Shown here: one piece after another, positions 13,701 through 25,121 of the stretch
How the letters are laid out: each line of letters opens with the position of its first letter
Position numbering within the stretch: the first letter of the stretch is position 1
Position numbers and translations under genes: made by a program
Notes under the pieces: model-generated
What the model saw: only the letters and a program-made list of their open reading frames with translations
The model's database searches: none
What the model was told of the DNA's origin: nothing
DNA from: Bugula neritina
Taxonomy: Eukaryota; Animalia; Bryozoa
NCBI GenBank assembly: GCA_964035545.1
Contig: OZ037767.1
Span: 8,318,581-8,382,580 of the forward strand
Reading direction: 5' to 3'
Length of the DNA stretch: 64,000 bases

Positions 13701-16398
13701 TGTTTTTCAACAAGCTATAACTTAAACATGAATTGGCTTTTGAAAAAAATAAAAAAGTATATTGGAGAACATAAGTTTCTTTATCTTTTCATATTTTTTT
13801 TGTTCCTGTGACATTCAACCTGTTCGAGCTATCAGTGGAACATTGTTCATATAGAACATAAAGCACCTGGCAAAGAGCCAGAAAATGAAAAGTATGACCT
13901 TAAACTAACTGTGCAAGATATTTAAACTTATTGACGTTGGCAAGGTCTTCATTATCTATGCAGATACTGTCACCACTGTCATGGGCTCCAGGTGCCGGTT
14001 GGTAGAGCATTTCCGTTTTCTTGATATTGATCTTCAGACCAAAAGCTTTGGAAGCTCTGGCGAATCTGTCGACTAATTCCTGTGCATCGCCATGGCTGTG
14101 TGCAACAAAGGCAGTGTCGTCAGCAAACATGAGTTCTCTAACCAATACTTTCTGTGTTCTTGTTGTTGACTTGTATTGGTTCACATTGAACAAATCAGCT
14201 CCAGGTCTACTTTGAATCCAGACGCCTTTATCACAGTTTTCAAATGCGTGCTGCAGAACAGCCGATAAGAAAATAGAGAATAGCGTTGGAGCCAACACAC
14301 ATCCTTGCTTCACACCATTGTTGACCTGGAACGACTCAGATAACTCCTCCTTCAGCTTGACTGAGGCCTTCATGCCAGTATGGAGAGCGCTGATAAGATT
14401 GGTGAAGTGACTGGGAAAACCGAGTTTCTGTAAGATCTTCCACAGGGTCGAACGCTTTGGTGAAGTCAATGAAGACCATGTACAGGGGCATATTTTGCTC
14501 GATGCATTTTTCCTGTATCTGCTTCAGTGCAAATATCATATCTGCTGTTCCCCTTCCACTACGGAATCCACACTGTGTTTCGAGTAGGAAGTTTTCTGCA
14601 TATGATGTCAGTCTATTTAGAAGGACACGAGCAAAAACTTTACCGGAAATTGAGAGCAGGGAGATACCTCTGTAGTTACCGCACAGCTTCCGATCACCTT
14701 TTTTGAAGATGGTTATAAGTTGGGCATCTTTCCAATCTTGAGGGACTACAGCAGTTTTCCATGCCTCCTTTATTATCTCATGGAGAGTACTTATTAGTTT
14801 GGGCCCTCCCCTTTTGATAACCTCCGGGTGAATGCCATCAGAGCCAGGTGATTTCCCTTCACTTAGCATCGAAGTTGCCTTGATGATCTCTTCAATATCT
14901 GGGCAATCGTCCATCCAGTCCTGAATGGGAGCTTGTCTCAGGTTCTCAATGATGTTGTCATCAATATCTGGAGTCTCGTTTAGTAGCTTGCTGAAATGCT
15001 CTGTCCATCTCGCTAGAAGATCTTGTTTTTCTGTCAGGAGTGTTGAGCTGTCACTGGCCAGGAGCTGGTCAGGATGACTCACTCTTGGACCCCAAACAGT
15101 TTTCGTGCTTTGGTAAAAGCCTTTCATGTCGTTAGTGTCAGCAAACCATTGCAGTTCAGCAGCTTTTGCCAACCACCAGTCGTTCTTGAGCTCCCTGCAT
15201 CTTCCTGTGAGTTTTCTGCCAGCCATTCTAAGCTTTGACTTGTTCGAGCGAGTATTCCTGGTTAACATGTCTGCTCTGGCCTTGTTTCTCTTCTGGATGA
15301 GTTCTTGAAGCTCATCATTATTCTCGTCAAACCAGTCCTCATGCTTCCTGCTGACAGTGCCGAGGTGCACTTTTGACTCTGCATAAACTATCTCTTTGAA
15401 TGCTCTCCACTTACTCTCCACGCCCTCTGGAGCAGAGTTCAGTTTCTCAGCAAGGGACTTTTCCAGTTCTTGTCTTACTTCTTCATTCTTAAGTCGAGAA
15501 ACGTCCAGCTTCTGGCAAGGTGTTCTCCCTTTCTTTATTTTTCTCCTCACTCTGAGCTTAGCTTTTGACCTGATCATGATGTGGTCAGTACTGCAATTCG
15601 CCCCTCTTATCGCCCTTGTGTCTAGAATGTCTGGTAGATCACGTTGTCGTGTGATAACAAAGTCGATGAGATGCCAGTTCTTGCTTCTCGGGTGCATCCA
15701 AGAAAACTTGTGAGCTGGTTTATGCTTGAAGAAGGTGTTGGTAATGCACAGTTGATGTTCACTACAGACTGAGATCAGAAGTTCACCATTGGAGTTCAGG
15801 TTTCCGCAGCCATACTTGCCTATCACACCGGGCCAGGTTGAGTGATCTTGTCCAACCCTAGCATTGAAGTCCCCCATGAGTAAGATCTTTCAGCTGCTGG
15901 GACTGATCTTAGAGCCTGATTCAGTTGGTCATAGAATCTGTTGATGTTTTCTTGGCTGTTTGTCATCGTGGGAGCATAGACAGCTATCACAGTGCACTAT
16001 CGCTCATCAGACAGAGGAACCCTGAGTGACATCAGTCTGTCGCTTATAGCCTTTGGCTCTTCGATTAGTCTCGAAACAAGTTCGTTCCTGATAGCAAGAG
16101 CCACGCCTGACTCACTGCGCTCAGATGCAGTTTTGCCACTCCAATAAATGGTGTAGCCTGACTCTTCACGAATGTTACCTGTATCTTTGAATCTGATTTT
16201 ACTCAGTGCTGCAATGTCGATGCCATACTTCTGTAGTTCAGATGAAATGATTGCACTTCTTCTCTCAGGTCTTTCTGTGTTCTCCCGGTCTAGCATTGTT
16301 CGTATGTTCCATGATGCAAGGTTGAGTTTAGAAATTTGGACCTTTTTATCCTGGGCGACGTCCTGCCAGTATGATTTCGTGTTCATTTTTCTTTTCAT
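10763..16398 (-). pseudogene. RTE endonuclease/reverse transcriptase single ORF, broken
   Basis: ORF pieces 15997-16398, 14336-15877, 13900-14469, 10763-11341; premature stop at 15997; frameshifts near 15885 and 14450; removing copy B plus one TSD restores FKYLGSTV. Confidence 0.9.
11352..13913. mobile_element. Non-autonomous TIR DNA transposon copy B (2562 bp, complete), inverted relative to copy A
   Basis: Perfect 20-bp TIR CACAGTTAGTTTAAGGTCAT...ATGACCTTAAACTAACTGTG; 2-bp TSD CA, confirmed by restoration of the LINE reading frame. Confidence 0.93.
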
Positions 16399-16907
16399 GA
16401 TTCAATCGGATTATGCTGACAAGAAGTTTAAGGATACTTAGGGTTTTGTCAGTTGCTTAAGCACCTCTCTCCACTAAAGAAGTACGCTGTGCTGGCAAGG
16501 AGTGTTATAATTAGTCACAGGAGCGTAGCTAGAACCACCATATGAAGAATTTAAATAATTGCAGTGAAACTTGCAAAATGGTGTATGTTTTGACCAAATT
16601 GTGAAGAGCATAAACAATGTTTCGAAAAACGAAGAAAGCATATTAGAGAAAACATATCAAGGAATGTCAAGTTTAACTTTTAGACTTTATACAATGAATC
16701 CCCTGTGCTACAGCAGTGGAACATGAAGGGTGTAAAAATTTTTTAAAAAGTTAAAAAGGTGTATAAAAGAGGAATGCAAGAGCTATCTTTTCATGTATAA
16801 TTTGGTAATGTGAGACAAAAACTGTTCGAGTTATTCCCTGGAAACCGATTATATATAACATGAAGCAGTGCCTGAATCTGGAAAGTAATGACCTTAAACT
16901 AATTGTG

Positions 16908-17614
16908 GGCAGCCGCGTATGACTAATCAGATCCCTGTCTTGCGGCACAACCACTTCCAACTTGGGTCCATACCGTATCCGCCTTCGTGTTGCCGTCTGA
17001 TTCCTGGGCTCGAGCAACGGGGATGTTTCCCTTATCGCATCGGGGCTAGCCCAGTACGGCTTCAAGCAAACCTCATTCTGGATAGACACGTGTCCTGAGC
17101 ATTCGACCTTGTACATGTGAATGGGTAGATCCTCGACTACCAGGTAGGGCCCGACAAACTTCAGTTGTAACTTAGCCGCATGTTCGCGTCGCCTGCTGTA
17201 GTTGGCCATCTAGACCCAGTCCCCCCTCCCCTGATAGAGGAGAGGCTCTTCGCAATTCTCACTCTATACCTGCTATTGCATCTCTCAAACCATGTCATGT
17301 GCAGGCCTCATGCACTCTACCAGCTCTCCCACAAACTCATGTGCAGAGTTATCATGGTCAGGAATGTGGTAGGTCAATTGGTCGAGGACTCGGGTCTCTC
17401 AACCAATAATCAAGAAGTTAGGAGTTTTCAAAGTACTGGTGTGAGGCGTATTGTGGTAAGCCCGCATAACCTGCGGAAATACCGTATCCTATTCCTCTTG
17501 GCCGCATCCAAGGAGCAGGCTTCGAAGTGCATTTCCTAGCATGCAGTTGTTGCGCTCAGCTACCCCGTTACCCTGAGGATGGTACAAGGTGGTCCTGCTC
17601 TGGTTCACCCTCCA
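16908..17614 (-). pseudogene. Degenerate gypsy integrase C-terminal fragment (same copy as 7388-8591)
   Basis: AKLQLKFVGPYLVVE...HVSIQNEVCLKPYWASPD (GPY/F module). Confidence 0.85.
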
Positions 17615-17929
17615 TGGTGATCTTCTGGTAGCTCTACCATGACCTGACAGGAACTCAAATGACTTCCGTGTAGCTGAGCAGCCAACAGGTAAGTTTCACC
17701 TTCTCACAGTGCATCTTTGACTGTTTTAACTCTTGTCGCCAGAAATTGGTGATGGAGCCCTAAGTCGTTTAGCTACTTCACGATTGCGTCGAAAGTGTAC
17801 CGCTTACTGTTGACTGGTGACAGGTCACCACAAAAATTCTGCACCAGTCATTCAACCGTGGGTATTATTGCATACTCAGTAATTACAGCTTATCCACTGT
17901 AAGGTTATGTGAAGAACTGAACCAGTTGA

Positions 17930-20414
17930 TGTTTAACTAGAAAACTGTATTAGTGTTTCACACGTAGAACAGTTTATTCAGTATTTTAGTGACGTAGTGG
18001 CTGTCATTCAGTGACCACCCCATGTGACCCTATTGCAATTGCGGCTGGCGTTTGACAGATAAGGCCAAACCCTATCGGTAAGGACCCAATGTCGACAGCA
18101 TCTTTGTTGCACTACAGACTCAATTCGGCCTCTCTGCTGTAGACGCCCGAGGCTGCTGCAAGGGTTGAGGACTGTTTCGCGCAATTTCTTGCAAGAACAC
18201 GCCGCCAAAGTTAAACGACTGGCACAGATTGCACACATTGATCTGTTGCTAGTCAATCATGGGCGGTACATCTTGGATGTGTTCTTGAAGCCAGAGAAGG
18301 CATGTACCCAAGTTTGAGGGTCGCAGGTTAAAGATCAGGTTAGGAATATGCAGCCACCCCCATTCGCCAAAGGAGAAGCCGCCGCCTCTCGAACAGGCCC
18401 TGGCCCTGCCACCCTTTGAACCCGATCCGCGTCGGCAGGTGGGGACCCTTTCCTGGAAGCCAATCCGTACCCTATCGGCGAGGCAAGAACTAATATAGGC
18501 TCCCCTGTCTTAGCGACTTTTCCTCCGGTGCCAGAGAACTCGAAGGCAGAGTATCTGCTGATTCTTGAAAAAGGTCAGCGGTCAAGACACTCCCAGCCAC
18601 ATCTACAATACTTTGTATGTGACCGCCTTCAAAGCGACAAACTGATAAGTCATGCGGGGATCACTGCAGGAAGTTGTTGCGGGCAGCAGGGGAGTTGTGC
18701 ACTCAAAAGCGAAAGTGGCTTTTGTGAGCGCAGAGCAGTGGGCAGAATTAATTCGCCAGCAGCACGGTGCCTGAGTCACTTACAATGACCAGGCTGCCCA
18801 GCCTTTTCATACGCAACTGTAGTCAAGGCTGGACTTGCGCTGTATGAATCGAAACACCTTACCTCAAAATATTCAAGTATGCAATCAAATACTGAGTTTA
18901 GAGGTAAGTCATTCAGGTCTAGTATGCCTACTGATATAGAAACTGGTCTGCTGTTAGTTGAGTCTGACTCAAATCATTTAGTTGAGTTATATTTGCTGGG
19001 GACTCTCACAACGTTTAATGGCGGCGAGAGCATGACAATGACAACTGATTTCTTAGATCTTAAACTGGTTTCCATGACCTTCAATCAGTCTACACTATTG
19101 TCAGTTGTCTTGCAAGTGCCTTTTAAAAAATTTGGTAATTCTCAGACTGTACAAAGTCGGGTTTCACGCAAATTGGAGTATAAAGATCCATGCAGATCTA
19201 ACCCTGATTCTACTCTTTTAGATATCATTCGACCTGCCCTTGCAGGTGCTCCGTCGTCGCCCGAGATTGTTTGGGATGGCGACCCTATGTCAGAGAAGCA
19301 GCTCTCTCTTGCCCTTAGTGTCAGTGTTTCTTTATATCGAAGTGGGAAACTACCTACTCCCCTTTTCAGGCGACTGTGCTAGACAGCTGTGTCTACAGAT
19401 CAGAAGATCATGAAAATGAAAAAGACCTGGAAAATACTACATGTCGCTTGTGCCAGCAGATTTTCACCACCCCACGTCGTTTAAAAGTTCATATGTCACA
19501 ACATTTCATTATGACTTTCTGCCCCTGAGGAGAGTATAGTTGTAATAAAGATTACATCTTGAGACATCAGCGCACTATGAAGTGCCACGTGGGACACCTC
19601 TCCAATGTCTATGAGCAGACATTCCAGAAACTTTTCGACATCATCAAACTCTTGATACAGGTGTTACAGTTTTAAACTATTAGATTGTGGGTATTCTTAT
19701 ATATTCCAACTAGTACATTCCAGAATGCAGTACAATAACTTCACCGAGTGTAGATGTGCAAATACTTTATTTAAATGAGGCTATACAAATATAAAGAAAG
19801 TATTGCATCAGTAACGTATACAAGAAAAATATCAACGTAGTAAGCCTAGGTAGTTGTAACTAACTGCCGGAAAACCTTGCCCTTTCATCTCTGATCCACG
19901 TGTTGACCCCTATGTTGATTGGGGGTTAGATATAGTTCAACATGACGAGCCTTGTGGACTTCCGCACGATAGACAAGGGAATAGAAGAGAAACGCCATGA
20001 CTAGATATGCGTTAGTAGTAGAGAAGGAGAAACGACGGCCTCCACTTCGAAAGTCCATGAGCCATTACACAATACCCCAGCAAATTAGCCCTCTTTTTTA
20101 ACGGGTTTCACAACCCTCAACCAATCACTGAGGAACCACTACTGAACCGCCCTTTCCCCTTTGCCGGAAAGACAGAAAAACTCGAATCTGCCCTCCACCC
20201 CTCTTCCTCGCCATTTGCCCGGGTGATGTTGCAGCGACTGGATACCAACATTACATCAACAGAGACTCCTGGCTCTGGACAACAATACCCCCTTCCCGCA
20301 ATTTCAAGTCGTTCCAGAGCAAGACAAAAATGAGAGCATCCCTGTCCCCAACTCTCCCAGCTACTTTTGTTCTAGCCATCTCTGTCCGTGAGGTAAAGCA
20401 GAGAATTTTGGATT
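17930..20414 (+). pseudogene. Internally deleted gypsy copy: gag fragment joined to IN tail plus zinc-finger ORF3 homologue
   Basis: gag-like VEQFIQYFSDVV..PPHVTLLQLRLA..DKAKPY (17964-18075); pol core absent; 19442-19597 translates as CRLCQQIFTTPRRLKVHMSQHFIMTFCP*GEYSCNKDYILRHQRTMKCHVGH. Confidence 0.8.
19662..20069 (-). repeat. Probable solo LTR inserted in the ORF3 homologue
   Basis: Minus strand TGTAATGGCT...TGTAACA with AATAAA; ORF3 homology resumes after it; TSD degraded (CAGG/CAAT). Confidence 0.65.
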
Positions 20415-21016
20415 CACAGGATAGTTAAGGGCAACCTTTTAGCTGCAACTGCCTTGCTGAGGTTTGCATTGTAATCATATAAGAATTCAGTACGAGTAAA
20501 ATAAAATCTCACCTAATTATGCTAGAGTCAAAATTTAAAAACTATGCTGTAGATCTTCTTTTTCTCCAGGGTAAGTTTTTTGGAAATTTCAATTTTCATT
20601 TTTTTTGCAAAGTTATAGACAAAAACTGCCCAATTTTGGCCAATTTTGCCTGAAAAGCTGACTTTTCAGTACCAGTAAAATATCTCAGCAGCAAAACATG
20701 ATATCTGAATAAAAATTGCACTGCTGGAATCCTGAGATATTTCTCCAGGGTAAATTTTTTTCTTTTTCCAATAACTCTTCTAGATTGCCCACAAATTGGT
20801 GACTTATACACTGAAAATGCCATATTTTTTCATTTGTAATCAGCAGCGCGCAGTGCTTCATGCTTCAATGAGCACGTAGGGATGAGAAGATATTGGCAAG
20901 TACATGCTAATTATAGGCTTGCTAGCCGACAGGCTACAATGAATAGCTTGCTTGGTACTTTGTTTATGTAGCGCCTATAATGGAATGTTGATAGATAACG
21001 CAGTCCTAATGAAGGT
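20415..21016 (+). mobile_element. Truncated copy of the MITE at 22560-23316
   Basis: About 600 bp highly similar direct repeat of 22560-23163, starting CACAGGATAGTTAAGGGCAACC; right end missing. Confidence 0.85.
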
Positions 21017-23480
21017 GCGGCTCACAGTGAGACAGTGCAAGATCTGCCAGGCCAGTAAGCATGGCCGTCTCCCTGGTGAAGCGAGAGGGCGAAGGTTATA
21101 TGATGGCCGGCCCTAGCATGTGGTAGCTGCCCCTTACACCTCAAGGCAACAGCTGGATCTTGGTACTCACGGACTACTTTACTAGGTGGGCCGACTTCCT
21201 GGCTATGCCAGACGCGTCGGCTCCGACTGTGGCCCGAGTGCTAGATCAGAATGTATTCTGCTATTTTGACCTCCCTGATCAGGTACATTCAGGTTAAGGC
21301 GCTCAGATCCAGTCTCAACTGATGAGTAACCTCTGTCGCCTCTGGGGGGTAAACCAGAGCTTGGCTACCCCGTACCATTTACAAAATAGCAGGGTGGTGG
21401 AGCACAACAACCGTATGTTAGGTGATGCGCTCCAGAGCCTGCTCCTCGGCCGCGGTCAGGAGGAATGGGATAGGGTGCTTTTGCAGTTCATGCGGGCTTA
21501 CCGCAGCACTTCACACACAAGTATTGGTAAAACTCCCAACCTCCTGATGCTCGGTCGAGAGACACAGATTCCCGACCATCTCATCTATCATCTTCCTGAT
21601 CATGATAACTCTGTCTATGAGCACGTGGGAGAGCTGGTAGAACGTATGAGGGTCACGCTCAAAATGCTTTGAGAGAAGCAATGGCAGGTGCGGACTGAGG
21701 ACTCTGATGAGCCTTTCCTCTATCAGGTGGGAGACTGGGTCTAGATGGCCAACCATCATAGGCGACGCGGACAAGCGGCTAAACGACAGCCCAAGTTCGT
21801 GGGGGGTAGTCAAGGCTGTGCCCAACCATATATATAAGATCGAGCGCTCAGGACAGGTATTCATCCATAATGAAGCTCGCTTGAAGCCGTATTGGGCTAG
21901 CCCCAATGCGGTAGGCAAAGCGCCCCTGTTGCTTGAGCCCAAGCAGCAGACCACAAGGCGCAGGTGGCAGCGGCATGGACTCGAGTGTGAGGTAGTAGTG
22001 CTGCAGTGAGAAGATCTGGTAAGAGACGAGTGACTACCTCCACCACCGAAAGTGAGTCTGTCGCCTCCAGCGCCAGATCCTATACCGTCACCTCCAGGAC
22101 CCGAGCCGGGCCCTGAAATGAAAACCCCTTCAACGAGGAAGGATCTTGCCCTAGAAGATGGGAGAGGGGCCAAAACGGGGCCCCCAATTTTGGAGCCGGT
22201 AGCTCCATGCGTAGAACTCTCGGGTCTACTTGTAGAGGCACCGTCCTTTTTGGAGAAGGGTCATCGTACTAGACAACCCCCATTTTATTTCTAAGATTTT
22301 GTGTGTGACTGCGTAAAAAGCGGCAGATCAAAATGTCAGACGGAGGGCTCCGCGGAAAGTTGTCATGTCCCAACTAGGAGTTGTGAGCTCAATGAAGGTA
22401 ATGACTTTTTGTGAAAGCGGAGCAACAGGCAAAATTAATCCGCCAGTTGTGAAGTGCCCAGGTCACGCACAACGAACACGTTGTTCAGTCTTTTCTTACG
22501 TTGATGCAGTTGAGAGCAGACATGCTAGTAGATACTCAGTACATAATCATTCTCAGTTACACAGGATAGTTAAGAGCAACCTTTTAGCTGCAACTGCCTT
22601 GCTGAGGTTTGCATTGTAATCATATAAGAATTCAGTACCAGTAAAATAAAATCTCACCTAATTGTGCTAGAGTCAAAATTTAAAAACTATGTTGTAGATC
22701 TTCTTTTTCCCCAGTGTAAGTTTTTTGGAAATTTCAATTTTCATTTTTTTTTGCAAAGTTATAGACAGAAAACTGCCCAATTTTAGCCAATTTTGCCTGA
22801 AAAGCTGACTTTTCAGTACCAGTATAATATCTCAGCAGGAAAACATGATATCTGAATAAAAATTGCACTGCTGGAATCCTGAGATATTTCTCCAGTGCAA
22901 CTTTTTTTCTTTTTCCAATAACTCTTCTAAATTGCCCACAAATTAGCGATTTATACACTGAAAATGCTATATTTTTTCATAGAAAATTAGCAGCGCGCAG
23001 TACTTCACGCTTCAATGAGCACGTAGGGATGAGACGATATTGGCGCGTACATGCTAATTACAGGCTTACTAGCTGGCAGGCTATAATAAATAGCTTGCTT
23101 TGTAATTTGTTTATGTAGCACCCATAATGGAATGTTGATAGATTACGCAGCCCTAATGAAGGTTGCTGCTTATTGGTTGTAGTTTGATCCTAGGCTAAGC
23201 AATTGCAAGTAGGCAACACGCATGCCACCCACAAAGCCATATTATTCAAAAACCTAAACTACATTTTGAGAGAAATTTATGATATTCTTAGTGAGGATGC
23301 CCTTAACTATTCTGTGTATTTGAGTATGTCACATAATACCGAGTCACGGGGTAAGTTTATATAATATTCTGCTAGTATGGAAACAAACTCACATCAGCTA
23401 AGCTCTGAACTCAATCTAATATATACGTTCTGACTTAGGATAAGACTAGTGAATAAAAGCAGCGAGAACTTGGAAAAATA
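21017..23480 (+). pseudogene. Degenerate gypsy integrase, tail and start of ORF3, interrupted by MITE 22560-23316
   Basis: LTDYFTRWA, VVEHNNRMLGDAL, NEARLKPYWASP, DFVCDC; after the MITE, AATACCGAG...GGTAAG...ATGGAAACA (23377) matches 45600-45655. Confidence 0.85.
22560..23316. mobile_element. MITE, 757 bp, CACAG...CTGTG termini
   Basis: 19-bp imperfect TIR CACAGGATAGTTAAGAGCA / TGCCCTTAACTATTCTGTG; 2-bp TSD TA; flanks rejoin as gypsy 3' sequence. Confidence 0.88.
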
Positions 23481-23764
23481 AAAGGGTTGATGTGATCCTA
23501 AGTTAAAATTCATTGTTCTCGATCAGCCCCTTTACTAGTACTAATCTCGCGAGGAAGACCCCTCTTAAGAAATATTCTGCACAAATGTTTGACTGCTTGG
23601 TCTGTAGTTTCATTGCTCATAGCAACCCAAATTGCCAACCTACTCGGTACACAGTCTACTACTGTAAGATATGGTTTACCAGAAGCAAATGCAATGTCAA
23701 CCGCAACTCTCTGCCAGCTTTGCTCCACATCTAAGCTTTCATGTTTCCAAGCTGTTGGTGCAGG

Positions 23765-24173
23765 TGTGATGGATTTTAGTAGTGCAATTATTATTGTATT
23801 AATCGAAAAGGTTCACTCTATATGGTTTATTATATTGTGAGTTCGACCATGTCGGATTGTAACTATGGACAGCAGTGGCACCACTGGTAACCACCAATCA
23901 GGACAGTCACACTAATTGATAGCAGGTGGAGCTAGCTACTCGTAGTTGCAGTGCGCTGAGTAGCTAGCTGGCAGAGCAGCTTGGGACTTCATTTAGAGTA
24001 GTTGTGTATTAAAGCTCACTAATTATGTAATCGTTTTCTATTCATGTTAGCAGTAAATAACCTTCTTGTATTTGTGTAAATAATAAAGTTATCTTAGCGT
24101 AAACAACCTGGTGTAGTGGCTTTGTTTAAGTCGACCCACATATAATAATAGTGAACTGGCAAAATTCACTACC
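23765..24173 (+). repeat. 5' LTR of element 1
   Basis: Direct repeat of 30550-30958; TG start; AATAAA near 24081. Confidence 0.95.
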
Positions 24174-24174
24174 A

Positions 24175-24192
24175 TGGTGGCAGCGGTGGGAT
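24175..24192 (+). promoter_or_regulatory. Primer binding site, tRNA-Leu-like
   Basis: TGGTGGCAGCGGTGGGAT is complementary to the ATCCCACCGCTGCCA-CCA 3' end of eukaryotic tRNA-Leu (AAG/TAG types), from memory. Confidence 0.8.
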
Positions 24193-24228
24193 TCCACTTA
24201 ATACAAATGCTCCTAGCCAGAGAGTAAG

Positions 24229-25102
24229 ATGGCCGACGAAGTCGTCAACGCGCCCAGACAGGAGCCAGCAGCAGTAGAGGAGGATTACATAGGCGGCCCA
24301 GCGCTGCCTATGGACAGGTACCACTTGCGGGCTCCTATCTTCTCAGGGGAAGAAGATGTGGAGCAATTCATCACTGAGTTTAGTGATGTGGCGGACATCT
24401 GCGGATGGCCAAATAGGGTTACTCTGATCCAGCTGCGGTTATGTCTGACAGGGCCGGCTAAACCCTATGGGATAAGCCAGAATGTCGGTGACATATTTGA
24501 AGCACTACAAGCCCGGTTTGGATTAACCGCTTGAAATGCTCGCGTACAACTGCAGAGTCTTAGGAGAAATCCTAAGACCAATCTGCGAGAGCATGCTACC
24601 GCAGTCGAACGACTGGCACAAGTTGCTTACAGCGACTTGCCTGCCGACAGTCGACAGAGCCTAGCACTGGATGCATTCCTCCAGTCTATTAACAACCTCG
24701 GTCTGTAAACAGCATCTGCTGGTGGCCGAAGTTGAGACTATGGAGAGAGCTCTAAGGCTTGGGAATGCCTATTTCCAAGCCGACAGTGCAAGTCAACCTG
24801 GTGCGACAGTACAGCAGGTCGGGGCAGACGACGTGTCGACGTCGCCAGCGAAGACAGCTGTACAGGTCGCAGCGGCAGCAGCAGACGAATCTACTAGCTT
24901 GACCACGAGCTTGATTCGAGAACTGCTAGCCGAGATCAGGCAACTGCGCCAGCAGGCGACAGCCGAGAGACCCAGGAGGTCGTCGGTAGCTGTCGACGAC
25001 AGGTGCGGCCCCGTATGCTGAGGCTGTGGTAGTGGTGGGCACTTCAATCGAAGTTGCCCCCGCGGCAGTGAGAGGCGGTTAAACGGCGACGGCCCACGGT
25101 AA
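24229..25102 (+). pseudogene. gag: gag of element 1 (disrupted), with CCHC knuckle
   Basis: Homologous to 40190-41056; TGA at 24532, frameshift near 24705, TGA at 25019 inside C*GCGSGGHFNRSC. Confidence 0.85.
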
Positions 25103-25121
25103 CTTTCGCCAACCGTGGGCC
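25078..25121 (+). promoter_or_regulatory. Putative -1 ribosomal frameshift signal (G TTA AAC plus stem-loop)
   Basis: Heptamer in gag frame; 6-nt spacer; 10-bp stem GGCCCACGGT/ACCGTGGGCC; the -1 frame is open into pol. Confidence 0.8.

Larger units (their letters stand above)
10756..16497 (-). mobile_element. Near full-length RTE-clade LINE, disrupted
   Basis: APE motifs ([26 protein letters not shown]) and RT motifs ([47 protein letters not shown]); RTE-like 3' end GTCGTCTTCGGACACGAAGGACAGC; boundaries taken from alignment of copy A with copy B. Confidence 0.92.
8592..16907. mobile_element. Non-autonomous TIR DNA transposon copy A (about 2.57 kb net; CMC/EnSpm-like), interrupted by an RTE LINE
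   Basis: 20-bp TIR CACAGTTAGTTTAAGGTCAT / ATGACCTTAAACTAATTGTG (1 mismatch); 2-bp TSD GG; colinear with copy B (reverse complement) on both sides of the LINE; no transposase ORF. Confidence 0.88.

Noticed and set aside
20415-23163. 600-bp direct repeats flanking an integrase fragment as the LTRs of one element
   Set aside because: No TG...CA, PBS or PPT; the second copy is a complete TIR MITE with TA TSD
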